A stretch of DNA of 64,000 bases from Anaerohalosphaeraceae bacterium (GTDB lineage Bacteria > Planctomycetota > Phycisphaerae > Sedimentisphaerales > Anaerohalosphaeraceae), in NCBI GenBank assembly GCA_963675525.2, contig CAXXSL010000016.1, positions 832,001 to 896,000 of the forward strand. Direction: 5' to 3'. Positions 16,784 through 26,410 of the stretch are shown here, in pieces. The translations under genes and the position numbers were made by a program. The notes beneath the pieces were generated by a model. That model saw only the letters and a program-made list of their open reading frames with translations. It had not been told where the DNA came from and did not search any database. Positions within the stretch are counted from its first letter, which is position 1, and each line of letters starts with the position of its first letter.

Positions 16784-19723
16784 TTGAGCCAACAATTTAG
16801 TCCGTCAATGATAAGAATCATTTATTTTATCCTTATAACGTTTTTTGTAAGTTTAATTGTGTCGCCGGCGCAGGCGGCCTTTGTGCATCCGGGATGTTTG
16901 TCGACGCAGAATGATTTGGACCGGATGGCGGCCAAAGTCGCAACCAATGCGCAGCCCTGGAAGGGCAGTTGGGATATTCTGGTTTCCAATACGAATAATT
17001 GGTTGGACGACGGCGCGTGGGCGGTATCGACCGTCTATGTCGATTCGGCCAATGGATCCAACAATTACATGAACCTGGCCCGCGCTGCCGCGAAGGCGTA
17101 TCAATGCGCCCTGCGCTATCATGGTTCAGGCGACACGGCTTTTGCGGACAAGGCGATCTATTTCATGAACGAATGGGCCGCCACACACACGGCATGGGAC
17201 GGCAACACGAACGTCAGCCTGCGGGCCGGCCTCTACGGCTATCAGTTCGCCTGTGCCGGCGAGTTGATGCGCAACTACAGCGGCTGGAATCCCTCGGATT
17301 TCAGCGCGTTCCAACAATACATGCTCGATCAGTTTTACGGCATCAACACCTCTTTCCTTACTTACAAACACGGGACGGTTGACAGTCACTACTGGGCGAA
17401 CTGGTGCCATTCGAACGTCGCTTCGATGATGGCGATCGGCGTGCTCTGCGACGACCAAGCCATCTTCGACGATGCGGTGAATTACGTCCTTAACGGTCCC
17501 GGCAACGAGTCGATGGCAAACGCCGTGCCCTTCGTCCATCCGAACGGTTTGGGACAATTTCAGGAAAGCGGCCGCGACCAGGGGCACACTGTGATGGGGC
17601 CGCAGTTGATAGGCACCATCTGCGAAATCGCCCGGAATCAGGGTGTGGATCTCTACGCCTATATGGGCAACCGGTTCCTTGCGAGCGTGGAATACATCTC
17701 CAAATACAATCTCTGGTCCGAGGTTCCCTGGGTCGCCTACCCGTATGTATCCGGTCATCCCGGCAGCACCAGTACCTGGTTTCAGGCATCGATCAGCGCC
17801 GCGGCCCGCGGCTCGATTCGGCCCGGATGGGATTTGGTTTATAATCACTATGTCAATCGCCTCGGTATGTCGGCTCCCTGGACTAAGAAATACGCGGAAA
17901 AAGCCCGTCCCGAAGGCGGCGGCGGTAACTACGGCGAGACCAGCGGCGGCTATGACGGCCTGGGCTTCACGACACTGACGCACAGCCTCGATCCGATTGC
18001 CACGGGAGCTGCACCAAGTAATCTGGTGCTTTATATCCAGGGAACGCAAATTACACTATCTTGGGCGGGCTCAGCTTATGCAACGAGCTACAATGTGAAA
18101 CGCTCGACGACCAGCGGCGGGTCGTACACGACCATCGCCACGGTGGACAGCGAGAGCCTGTATTACGTCGATGCTGGCCTGACAGCGGGTACGACCTATT
18201 ATTACATAGTTTCGGCCAACAACCCCGGCGGCGAGGGTACCAACAGTGATGAGGTCGCCGTTACAGCCGACGGGCAGTTCCACGGGACGATCATCGGCAC
18301 CGACGGTTCCTACGGTGATTCCGGCGCAACGAAAGAGTGGGCCTTCGACGGCGCCCTGTTCAATTACTTCGATGCGCCGAGCAGTGTTGCCTGGGCCGGA
18401 CTGGATTTGGGTCCCGGTGTCAGCGCGGTGGTTACGCAGGTGAAGTATTGCCCGCGTCCGGGCTTTGCCGGCCGCATGGTCGGCGGCAAATTCCAGGGTT
18501 CCAACACGGCCGACTTCAGCAGCGGCGTGACGGACCTGTTTACCATCAGTACCCAGCCGTCCGACGGTGTACTCACGTCGCAGACGATCAGCAACGGCGG
18601 TTCGTTTCGTTACGTGCGTTATTTGTGTCCTGCGAATGGCTGGGGCAACGTAGCAGAAGTCCAATTCTTGGGCAATGTCAGCGGTTTAAACCCCCCGACA
18701 ACGCCAAGCGGTATCAGCGCAAGTTTGGTTAATGGTTATCAGATCGATCTGTCATGGAATGTATCCTCCGGGGCGACAAGCTACACTGTCAAGCGGGCGG
18801 TAGAAAACGGTGAATCGTATACCATCATAGCGAATGTAAACGGCACGAACTACAGCGACATTAAACTGGCTGGAGATACGACTTATTATTACGTTGTGAG
18901 TGCGTTGAACAGCGCCGGTGAAAGCGAAAATTCGAATCCGGCCAGCAAAACGACACAAACAGCAGGCCCAATACTGGCGGCACATTATGAACTGGAAGAC
19001 AACGTTAACGACAGTTCCGGAAACGGTTATTACGCAAGCGCAACGGGATCACCGACGTACACCGCGGGTCAAATCGGACAGGCGATCGATCTGGATGGAA
19101 CAGACGATTACGTCACGCTGCCTCCGGGTGTGGCGGATTCGGACGATATTACTGTTGCTGCCTGGGTCAATTGGGCCGGCGGCGGGGACTGGCAGCGGAT
19201 TTTTGATTTCGGCACGGGTACGAGCCAATATTTTTTTTTGACACCCAGCAGCGGCGGCAGTTACACGCTGCGGTTTGCTATCAAAAACGGCGGGGATGAG
19301 CAGATCGTCGAGACCTCGCAACTGACCACAAACCAGTGGGTGCATGTGGCTGTGACACTGGCCGGCGATCTGGCCACGTTGTATGTCAACGGTTCGCCGG
19401 TGGACACGAACGCCGCCGTTACCATCAATCCGAGCGATTTTACTCTGGCGAACAACTACATTGGGAAAAGTCAATGGCCCGACCCGCTTTTTGATGGACG
19501 GATTGATGATTTTCGCATCTATAACTATGCGCTTTCAGAGATTGCCGTTGCGCGATTGGCACGGCAACAGATGAACACGGAAGACCTTTCCATTCTTGCG
19601 GCCTGGTGGCTGTGGCTGACAAAGGACTGCGGGACAGAAACCGGCTGTTTGGATGCTGACATCGATGGCGACGGAAAAATGAATCTGGCGGACTTTGTGG
19701 TGTTAGCCCAGAACTGGTTGTAG
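16784..19723 (+). CDS. secreted multidomain protein: alginate-lyase-family domain, FN3 x2, discoidin/CBM-like, LamG, dockerin-like C-terminus
   Basis: signal peptide; FVHPGCL, HYWANW, QESGRDQGH; SYNVKRS..SGG.Y and YYYVVSA.N (FN3); WQRIFDFG (LamG); DIDGDGKMNLADFVVLAQNWL; start may be ATG 16808. Confidence 0.85.
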   Translation: MSQQFSPSMIRIIYFILITFFVSLIVSPAQAAFVHPGCLSTQNDLDRMAAKVATNAQPWKGSWDILVSNTNNWLDDGAWAVSTVYVDSANGSNNYMNLARAAAKAYQCALRYHGSGDTAFADKAIYFMNEWAATHTAWDGNTNVSLRAGLYGYQFACAGELMRNYSGWNPSDFSAFQQYMLDQFYGINTSFLTYKHGTVDSHYWANWCHSNVASMMAIGVLCDDQAIFDDAVNYVLNGPGNESMANAVPFVHPNGLGQFQESGRDQGHTVMGPQLIGTICEIARNQGVDLYAYMGNRFLASVEYISKYNLWSEVPWVAYPYVSGHPGSTSTWFQASISAAARGSIRPGWDLVYNHYVNRLGMSAPWTKKYAEKARPEGGGGNYGETSGGYDGLGFTTLTHSLDPIATGAAPSNLVLYIQGTQITLSWAGSAYATSYNVKRSTTSGGSYTTIATVDSESLYYVDAGLTAGTTYYYIVSANNPGGEGTNSDEVAVTADGQFHGTIIGTDGSYGDSGATKEWAFDGALFNYFDAPSSVAWAGLDLGPGVSAVVTQVKYCPRPGFAGRMVGGKFQGSNTADFSSGVTDLFTISTQPSDGVLTSQTISNGGSFRYVRYLCPANGWGNVAEVQFLGNVSGLNPPTTPSGISASLVNGYQIDLSWNVSSGATSYTVKRAVENGESYTIIANVNGTNYSDIKLAGDTTYYYVVSALNSAGESENSNPASKTTQTAGPILAAHYELEDNVNDSSGNGYYASATGSPTYTAGQIGQAIDLDGTDDYVTLPPGVADSDDITVAAWVNWAGGGDWQRIFDFGTGTSQYFFLTPSSGGSYTLRFAIKNGGDEQIVETSQLTTNQWVHVAVTLAGDLATLYVNGSPVDTNAAVTINPSDFTLANNYIGKSQWPDPLFDGRIDDFRIYNYALSEIAVARLARQQMNTEDLSILAAWWLWLTKDCGTETGCLDADIDGDGKMNLADFVVLAQNWL

Positions 19724-19736
19724 TAAGAGTCAGATT

Positions 19737-19771
19737 AAAAAAAGCCGACCTATTGGCCGGCTTTAAAATTT
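19737..19771. terminator. bidirectional terminator between convergent genes
   Basis: AAAGCCG...CGGCTTT with A/T-rich flanks. Confidence 0.65.
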
Positions 19772-19772
19772 T

Positions 19773-20528
19773 CTACATGTGCCGGACATCGGGGTGTTCT
19801 TCGAAGGGCTTATCGATCAGCCAGTAATCTTTGAACCATACCTTTCCCGCTTTGATCTTGACCTTCACGATATCGTCTTCGATGAGCATCCGGATATGGC
19901 TTTCGCCGAGGGTCATGTGGTCAAACGCCATACCTTCCGGGCGGACCAGATGCGCCGCATAGGCCGGCGAGGTCCGCAGTTTGTTCAGGGCGTTATTGAT
20001 GGCCTGGTTAACCATCATGGAGGAGCTTTTCAACATAGCGCTGTCAAACGTTAACTCGGCGGCATCCTTATTGAAGGCGCTCTGAACGGTCTTTAGTATG
20101 GCAATTTGCTTTTCATTATTGTTGGCATACGCCGCATCCAGCACGTCGGCGTCCAGCACCACTTCTGCATCCAGCCGCAGGCCCGGCTTCGGCGTGCGGT
20201 TGATTCCCCTGGTGGTTTCCTCAAGGATAAAAGCGTACTTGCGAACCGCTGTCATGGCGTCTTCGTCGAACGTGATCATATTGAACCAGTGCGTGCGGTC
20301 CTTTTTGCCTTCCTTGCCCCAGACAGCCACGACGCTTTCGCTTTGACTGAGCAATTCGGTATCGGGGTCCTGCGTGGATGACAAAACGTCTGCTGAAGTG
20401 GTCTCTTTCAGCGTGGTCGTGTAGTAACGGTCAAAGACCAGTTCGTAAGAATCCAGCGGATCGCTGCATCCGGTCAAACACAGAACCGATCCGATCATAA
20501 GCGTCAGAAAGAAACAATTCGTTTTCAC
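19773..20528 (-). CDS. hypothetical lipoprotein
   Basis: 251 aa; lipobox LTGC; AGGAG RBS before GTG. Confidence 0.8.
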   Translation of the reverse strand: MKTNCFFLTLMIGSVLCLTGCSDPLDSYELVFDRYYTTTLKETTSADVLSSTQDPDTELLSQSESVVAVWGKEGKKDRTHWFNMITFDEDAMTAVRKYAFILEETTRGINRTPKPGLRLDAEVVLDADVLDAAYANNNEKQIAILKTVQSAFNKDAAELTFDSAMLKSSSMMVNQAINNALNKLRTSPAYAAHLVRPEGMAFDHMTLGESHIRMLIEDDIVKVKIKAGKVWFKDYWLIDKPFEEHPDVRHM

Positions 20529-20577
20529 GGTCTCGCTCCTAAATGGTTATCGGGCGTTTAAAAATGCAAAATGGCAC

Positions 20578-20605
20578 AAAAAAGGGCGGTATTGAACCGC
20601 CCTTT
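20578..20605 (-). terminator. intrinsic terminator after ilvC
   Basis: AAAGGGCGGT / ACCGCCCTTT 10-bp stem with T run on the minus strand. Confidence 0.75.
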
Positions 20606-20622
20606 CCATTTTTTTATCGGCT

Positions 20623-21624
20623 TTAGACTTCTTTGGCGTTAACCCATTTCATCATTTTTCGCAGTTTTCGTCCCACATCTTCGAGTTGGCTGCCGTGGTC
20701 TTTGTCGTAGAGGGCGTTGAAGTTTTTCATGCCGGTCTTGTACTCATTGACCCATTCTTTGGCAAATTCGCCGGAGGTGATTTCGCCGAGGATTTTTTTC
20801 ATCTCTTTCTTGGTTTCGGCGGTAATGATGCGCGGGCCGCGGCTCAGGTCGCCGTATTCGGCGGTGTTGGAGACGCTGTACCGCATGTAGCTTAGACCGC
20901 CCTGATAGAACAGATCCACGATGAGTTTGACCTCGTGCATGCATTCAAAGTAAGCGATTTCCGGCTGATACCCGGCCTCAACCAGCGTTTCAAAACCAGC
21001 CTTGATTAATTCGCTGAGGCCGCCGCAAAGCACTGCCTGCTCGCCGAACAGGTCGGTTTCGGTTTCTTCCTTGTAGGTCGTCTCGATAATGCCTGCGCGG
21101 GCGCCGCCGATGCCGTTGGCCCAGGCCAGGGCGACGTTCTTGGCGTTGCCGTCTTCATCTTTTTCGACTGCGATCAGGCAGGGCACGCCGCCGCCTTTCT
21201 CATATTCGGCGCGAACCAGGTGCCCGGGTCCTTTCGGGGCGATCATGACGACGTTAATGCCTTCCGGCGGGGCGATGTAGCCGAAGTGAATGTTAAAGCC
21301 GTGACAGAAGCCCAGCGTTTGTCCGGGTTTGAGGTTCGGGTGAATGTCTTTTTCGTAGACCATCGCCTGAACTTCGTCCGGCAGGGTCACGATAATCAAT
21401 GCGGCGCCTGCCATTGCCTCGGCAATGGAGGTCGGCGTGAAGCCGTGCTCTTTGGCCAGCGCGAAGTTGGCGGTTCCGTCCAGTTCGGCAACGGCGACTT
21501 CGATGCCGCTGTCACGCAAATTCTGGCTGTGGGCGTGTCCTTGGCTGCCGTAGCCGATGACGCAAACCTTTTTGCCCTTGAGTGCATCCAGCGGGGCGTC
21601 TTTTTCATAGTACATTGTTGCCAT
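20623..21624 (-). CDS. ilvC: ketol-acid reductoisomerase
   Basis: [47 protein letters not shown]. Confidence 0.98.
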   Translation of the reverse strand: MATMYYEKDAPLDALKGKKVCVIGYGSQGHAHSQNLRDSGIEVAVAELDGTANFALAKEHGFTPTSIAEAMAGAALIIVTLPDEVQAMVYEKDIHPNLKPGQTLGFCHGFNIHFGYIAPPEGINVVMIAPKGPGHLVRAEYEKGGGVPCLIAVEKDEDGNAKNVALAWANGIGGARAGIIETTYKEETETDLFGEQAVLCGGLSELIKAGFETLVEAGYQPEIAYFECMHEVKLIVDLFYQGGLSYMRYSVSNTAEYGDLSRGPRIITAETKKEMKKILGEITSGEFAKEWVNEYKTGMKNFNALYDKDHGSQLEDVGRKLRKMMKWVNAKEV

Positions 21625-21746
21625 TTTTCTCTATTCTCCTGTATTTGGACTTTATCTTGCTTTTCGCCTTTTATTGTAAGGGGCTTAAGATACGCCAAAA
21701 GACAGGTGTTTTCAACCTATTTCCTTGAATAATGCGGGTTGTTTTT

Positions 21747-21810
21747 AACCATGAATGAACACGAATGGACACAAATTTGTTTTTAACTCAAGGACACCGA
21801 AGACACTAAT
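21747..21810. repeat. short tandem 9-10-mer repeats (ACACGAA-type)
   Basis: accatgaatg aacacgaatg gacacaaatt ... gacaccgaa gacactaat. Confidence 0.45.
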
Positions 21811-22270
21811 TGGGCTTGAATGGGGTTTGTATTTTGGAAGCAGTCCGTTGTTATGTAGCGTTAAAAAGCTTTAGATAAATGATTTACAGTAATTTTATGG
21901 GTTTGAGAGTTGGGTTTTTTTTATAAAAACCATGGGGGCATGTTGCATGAATTTCAGCAAATTCGGACAAGAAATAACCTTTGAATGCACATGATTTTAG
22001 TCAGAAGGCCAACTTTTTTTCAAGAGAATTCTCTTGGAATGGGAGTCTTAAATTGCTATAATAAACGGAGTTGTGGCTTTTACTGCGGTTGCATAGACGG
22101 TTTTTTGTAATAAAGCGGTACGGAGGATGTGGTGACAGGAGAGATATCTGAGTGTGTTCTCATGTCTTTTGCCAATGTGGTTTTGTTCTGCGCCTTTGTC
22201 TTCCATTTCTTAAATTCGGATGTTAGCGTATCGAGGTTATAACGATGTATGTTATGTGGAGGAAATAAAG

Positions 22271-23116
22271 ATGAAAAAAGATGTGTTGAAAGTAGTATTA
22301 GTGTTGGTGGTGGCAATGAGCGTGGCATCATATGGCGCGACAGTTGCCCAGTGGGACTTTGAAGATGGCGTGGCCGGGACTCCCTTTACCCCAGCTGGGG
22401 GTGCGGGTTCGGGTTATACGTTGGACACAGTCGCCGGTTATGAGATGCATGGCTGGGATGACTATTGGGGGCCCGGTTGGGCAGATGGATCTCCGGGCGG
22501 CACTGGCAGCTTGGTGATGAACAATGCGGATAATCACCAAGATGGTTATTCTTATGATGCAGCATTGACGGCGTGGTCCCCGTCGACCTGGACGATCGAG
22601 TGTGCTGTTTTCCTGGAAGAAATTTCCGGATGGGAAACAATTATCGGCCGTGATGGTTCTACCAATGGCGATGCGGAATCAGATTTCTATTTGTCGAACA
22701 ATGGTATTGACGACAAGATGCGTATCAATGTTGAAACTGTTACAGGTCAACGCTGGATTCTGGATGGCGATTATACAGTCCATGTCAATCATTGGTACGG
22801 TCTGGCTGCCATGAGCGATGGCGTAACTCTGTCGCTGTGGCTTGATGACAGTACCGGCTATCAGATGATTGGTTCGCTTGACATTTCTGCACAGAGTGTA
22901 GCCGATAACGCACTGGCTGCAAACAACTTCAACTGGACATTCGGTCGCGGTTGGTACGGCGGCAGCTTTGTGGACCACATCGATGGGCAGATGGATAACA
23001 TCCGTTTCAGCGATACGGCTTTGGATGCGGGTGATTTAATTCCCGTTATAATTCCGGAACCGGCAACGATGTTACTGCTGGGACTGGGCGGCTTGATGTT
23101 GCGAAAACGCCGCTAA
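22271..23116 (+). CDS. PEP-CTERM sorting-domain protein with LamG-like domain
   Basis: signal peptide; C-terminal IPEPATMLLLGLGGLMLRKRR; GQMDNIRFSDTAL. Confidence 0.92.
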   Translation: MKKDVLKVVLVLVVAMSVASYGATVAQWDFEDGVAGTPFTPAGGAGSGYTLDTVAGYEMHGWDDYWGPGWADGSPGGTGSLVMNNADNHQDGYSYDAALTAWSPSTWTIECAVFLEEISGWETIIGRDGSTNGDAESDFYLSNNGIDDKMRINVETVTGQRWILDGDYTVHVNHWYGLAAMSDGVTLSLWLDDSTGYQMIGSLDISAQSVADNALAANNFNWTFGRGWYGGSFVDHIDGQMDNIRFSDTALDAGDLIPVIIPEPATMLLLGLGGLMLRKRR

Positions 23117-23147
23117 AAACCATCTTCGGATGGACAATTAGAAATAC

Positions 23148-23192
23148 ACGGGGCGGGGTGCGTAGAGTGTGCGCAACCCGCCCGTCTTTTTG
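23148..23192 (+). terminator. intrinsic terminator
   Basis: GGGCGGG..GCG / CGC..CCCGCCC stem followed by TCTTTTT. Confidence 0.65.
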
Positions 23193-23229
23193 GCAGGGAA
23201 AACAAAAGGTGTCTGACCTTTAAGTTCTC

Positions 23230-25023
23230 TTAGTTCTTGGGAACACCGTTCACAAAATGATGTGAAGCAACCAAATTGCCCTGTTCGTCCCAGTGGAGGG
23301 ATGGGCCGTGCGCCACATAGCCGAAGAACGGTCGTTTCAAATCACGCGGCTCCGGCTTTAAGTCCCACGTAGACTCGACCTTCTTCTGTCCATTGGGCCA
23401 ATAATGTGTCCAGATGCCGCGATTGGTTTTCAAATCCCGTTTCCATGTCCAGTCAATTGTGCCGTCGGCAAGCCAGTACGTCTCTTCGCCGCTCTTACGC
23501 CCGTTTTCATAGACGACCTGATGTTGTTTGGTGCCGTCTTCATAGTAATCGGTTTGTTCACCTTGGAGTAAATACCGTCCATTGGGGCAAATCCTTGCGC
23601 TCCACGTCGACCGCAGTTTGCCGTTGGGATACGTTTCAGAAAATTCTTTGACAATGCCGCCCGATGTTTCCCGCGATGTTTCACCGGCGGCGGACCATAC
23701 CCATGCTTCGTTAAATTCGTAATGCAGCGGCGGATAGCTGACGGTCGTTAAAATGTGTATGACGCCGTTCGGGGCCTGGCGGACCGTGGTATAGCCCAGC
23801 GAAGGATGTTCTACGCGATGATGCTGGGGCAATTGCACCGGCAGCGTTTTAATATGCCATGTTTGGCCGTTGTCTTTTGATAGTGCCGCAAAACAATTAT
23901 CGCCATAGTCCCAACCCGCAGGAGGAGCCTTTTTCATTTTGTGCATGTAAGAATCGCTCACAAAAATGAGGTCACCGGAGGCTAATCGAATCATTGAAGG
24001 TCGCTGGGCGCTGCTCAGGGGCGGAAACGGCGACGGCTTGCTTTCGCTCCAGGTCGCTCCCCAGTCCGTTGAAATATTTAATGGCGCCCACCCGTTCACA
24101 TTCGAATTTTTGCCGCCCAGAGAAAGCAGTCTCCCTTTATCGTCTAACGGCAGGATTGTGGAATGCCGTCCGCCTGTGCGTCCGCCCATATCATGCCAAT
24201 GGATACCGTTATCGGGGCTGTGCCATAAGAAGCTTTGAGCGCCGTGGCCGTCCATCGCCATATAGATGGATTGGTCCGGCCCGCGGAACGCATTGGTGAC
24301 CGGCTGTGCCGTATAGTCGGCGGCCGGCTTATCGAGTTGGGGAATAGAATATGTCCAAGTTGCACCATTATCGGTAGATGCGGCCATGCGGAACGGGACA
24401 TAATCTGATATATCGCGACCACCGCCAAAGAACCAGATTTTTCCATTGTCGTTCCACAAGAGTCCGGACTGGTCATTTTGCCCCTGTGTTTTGAAAAACA
24501 ATTCCGGCATGTCCCAATCTTCGCTACCATAGCGCAATCGCGCTTGTACGAATGATGTGGAACTATCCGCTTCCGACTTACCTAACGGGGTGCTGAAATA
24601 GACCACCAGCGCGTCCCCGTTCGGCAGAATCTCGAATCCCGGCGAATGATTGTGATGGTACACGTGCGGGTCCATCCCCGTCAGCGGGCCCGTTTCCGTC
24701 TCGGTGTAGCACGGCGGAATCGGCATGGCGAATCGCACCGTGAAATAAGGAACCTCCGGATTCGGCCCGAACGAGGCGGGCTGCGTACTTTGCTTGACGC
24801 AGGATTGATTGAAGGGAACCGGCGTATCCGAATCAATGACAAATTGAAGCTGATTTGCATCCTCCACGGCGGTCATATGCGAGCTGGGTGAAAAATTCGC
24901 GGCTGTAACTTTGATGGTCTCTGTTTCCGCAACAGCCCGGGCCTGGAGAACCAAAGCGATTGCGACAATCACATATCCGAATGACAGAAATGAGATACGG
25001 TTCACTGCAAGTTTTGGTTTCAT
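23230..25023 (-). CDS. BNR/Asp-box (sialidase-like) beta-propeller with C-terminal MORN-like repeats
   Basis: signal peptide; Asp-boxes STDNGATW, SPDNGIHW, STDWGATW, SKDNGQTW; YPNGKL, YYEDGTK, YWPNGQKK repeats. Confidence 0.8.
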   Translation of the reverse strand: MKPKLAVNRISFLSFGYVIVAIALVLQARAVAETETIKVTAANFSPSSHMTAVEDANQLQFVIDSDTPVPFNQSCVKQSTQPASFGPNPEVPYFTVRFAMPIPPCYTETETGPLTGMDPHVYHHNHSPGFEILPNGDALVVYFSTPLGKSEADSSTSFVQARLRYGSEDWDMPELFFKTQGQNDQSGLLWNDNGKIWFFGGGRDISDYVPFRMAASTDNGATWTYSIPQLDKPAADYTAQPVTNAFRGPDQSIYMAMDGHGAQSFLWHSPDNGIHWHDMGGRTGGRHSTILPLDDKGRLLSLGGKNSNVNGWAPLNISTDWGATWSESKPSPFPPLSSAQRPSMIRLASGDLIFVSDSYMHKMKKAPPAGWDYGDNCFAALSKDNGQTWHIKTLPVQLPQHHRVEHPSLGYTTVRQAPNGVIHILTTVSYPPLHYEFNEAWVWSAAGETSRETSGGIVKEFSETYPNGKLRSTWSARICPNGRYLLQGEQTDYYEDGTKQHQVVYENGRKSGEETYWLADGTIDWTWKRDLKTNRGIWTHYWPNGQKKVESTWDLKPEPRDLKRPFFGYVAHGPSLHWDEQGNLVASHHFVNGVPKN

Positions 25024-25060
25024 GGAGCGATCCTTTCTTTTTTTGTTTTATCGAGCCCCG

Positions 25061-26377
25061 CTACAACGTCAGCCACTGGTCGATTATTTCATCGATCGCA
25101 TCGGGAAGAATGCCGACCAGCCAGGCCATGTCTACAATCGTAGGACGTTTTCGAATCTCATGCATATGAAGCATGGCGCCGCGAATATGCTCACGCGAGC
25201 ATTTAACATCGCCAAATGTATGCGCGGCGCCGGCTGTTTTAAGGCACTGTTTAATCTGGCCGGCGGGCCGAACCAGCGTTTGACATTTGTCAGTAAATTC
25301 ATTCCACACACGTTCATTGTTCAGTTTGCCGGCCATTGACTGGAGCACGGGTTTTTTCTGTTCGTACTGCGCGTTGACACTGTTGTGCAGTTTGCCCCAG
25401 TATGCGGCATCGGTTTGGGAGGGTATTGAAACACATTTCGGGGCTTTAATTTGAAATATCTTTTCGTACAAAGCGGACGCCACTATCGTGCCGACTCCGA
25501 CCTGTCTGCCGTGGAGGTCGTGTTCGCCTCCGTCTACATTGGAAATCATATCCAGCGTATGGCTGAGCAGATGTTCTCCGCCCGAGGCCGGGGCGGAAGT
25601 GCCGATAATCGTCATGGCGATGCCGGAATAGAATAACGCATTGACCAACGCCTCCAGCGCATCGGGGCGGCATTGCCGGACGTTCTCCGGATGCTCCATA
25701 TAATACGGTTCCAGCGCATTAATCATTTCGGCGGCGGTTCGGCAGAAATGTTCACCATTGAAAATATGATTCATCATCCAGTCGGCGGCACTTACGGGCT
25801 TGGCTATCACATCGCCCAGTCCTGCCGAGGTCAGCTCAAACGGGGCCTCCGCAATCATTGATGGTATCGCAAAGACGGCCAGCGGCGCGCGGGCGGGGAG
25901 CAATGTCTTGACTCCCGCCATTGTGGGCGCGACATTTGCCGAGGTGAACCCGTTCATCGTGGCGGCCGTCGCGATGACCGCGTATGGGATATTCCGCTGG
26001 AAGGCCCACCATTTTGTTAAGTCGTTAATGACTCCGCAGCCTACGGCAAGGGCAATGTCGACAATCGGAATTTCCGATTTTAACCGCTCATAGGTAATAT
26101 CGTCGCAAACAGGCCCCCCGCGGTCCGTGTCGGCAACTACAATCACATCAACGTTCCACCCGCTGCGCTCAAGGGCCTGGCTCGCGGATTTACCCGCGAC
26201 AGACAACGTCCGAACATCGCATATCAGTGCAACCCTGCGCCCCTGGACACAACGCGCCAGCACCCGGGGCATGCGTTCAACGGCATCGGCCGCATAGATG
26301 ATTTCCCGCGTGGGAACCGTATGGCTTTTCCCGCATTGACAATCAAACGTCTTATTGAGCAGTTCGTTGAGTTCCAT
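25061..26377 (-). CDS. egsA: sn-glycerol-1-phosphate dehydrogenase (AraM/EgsA family)
   Basis: CQCGKSH, AVGCGVINDLTK, TAATMNGFTS, AGLGDVIAK, PASGGEHLLSH, HGRQVG. Confidence 0.88.
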   Translation of the reverse strand: MELNELLNKTFDCQCGKSHTVPTREIIYAADAVERMPRVLARCVQGRRVALICDVRTLSVAGKSASQALERSGWNVDVIVVADTDRGGPVCDDITYERLKSEIPIVDIALAVGCGVINDLTKWWAFQRNIPYAVIATAATMNGFTSANVAPTMAGVKTLLPARAPLAVFAIPSMIAEAPFELTSAGLGDVIAKPVSAADWMMNHIFNGEHFCRTAAEMINALEPYYMEHPENVRQCRPDALEALVNALFYSGIAMTIIGTSAPASGGEHLLSHTLDMISNVDGGEHDLHGRQVGVGTIVASALYEKIFQIKAPKCVSIPSQTDAAYWGKLHNSVNAQYEQKKPVLQSMAGKLNNERVWNEFTDKCQTLVRPAGQIKQCLKTAGAAHTFGDVKCSREHIRGAMLHMHEIRKRPTIVDMAWLVGILPDAIDEIIDQWLTL

Positions 26378-26410
26378 AATTTTAGTTATTGGCTCACACC
26401 GTTGTTAACG

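Noticed and set aside
25061..26377. Evidence for archaeal-type ether lipid synthesis
   Set aside because: No GGGP/DGGGP synthase nearby; the transporter and hydrolase context fits a catabolic AraM-like role.
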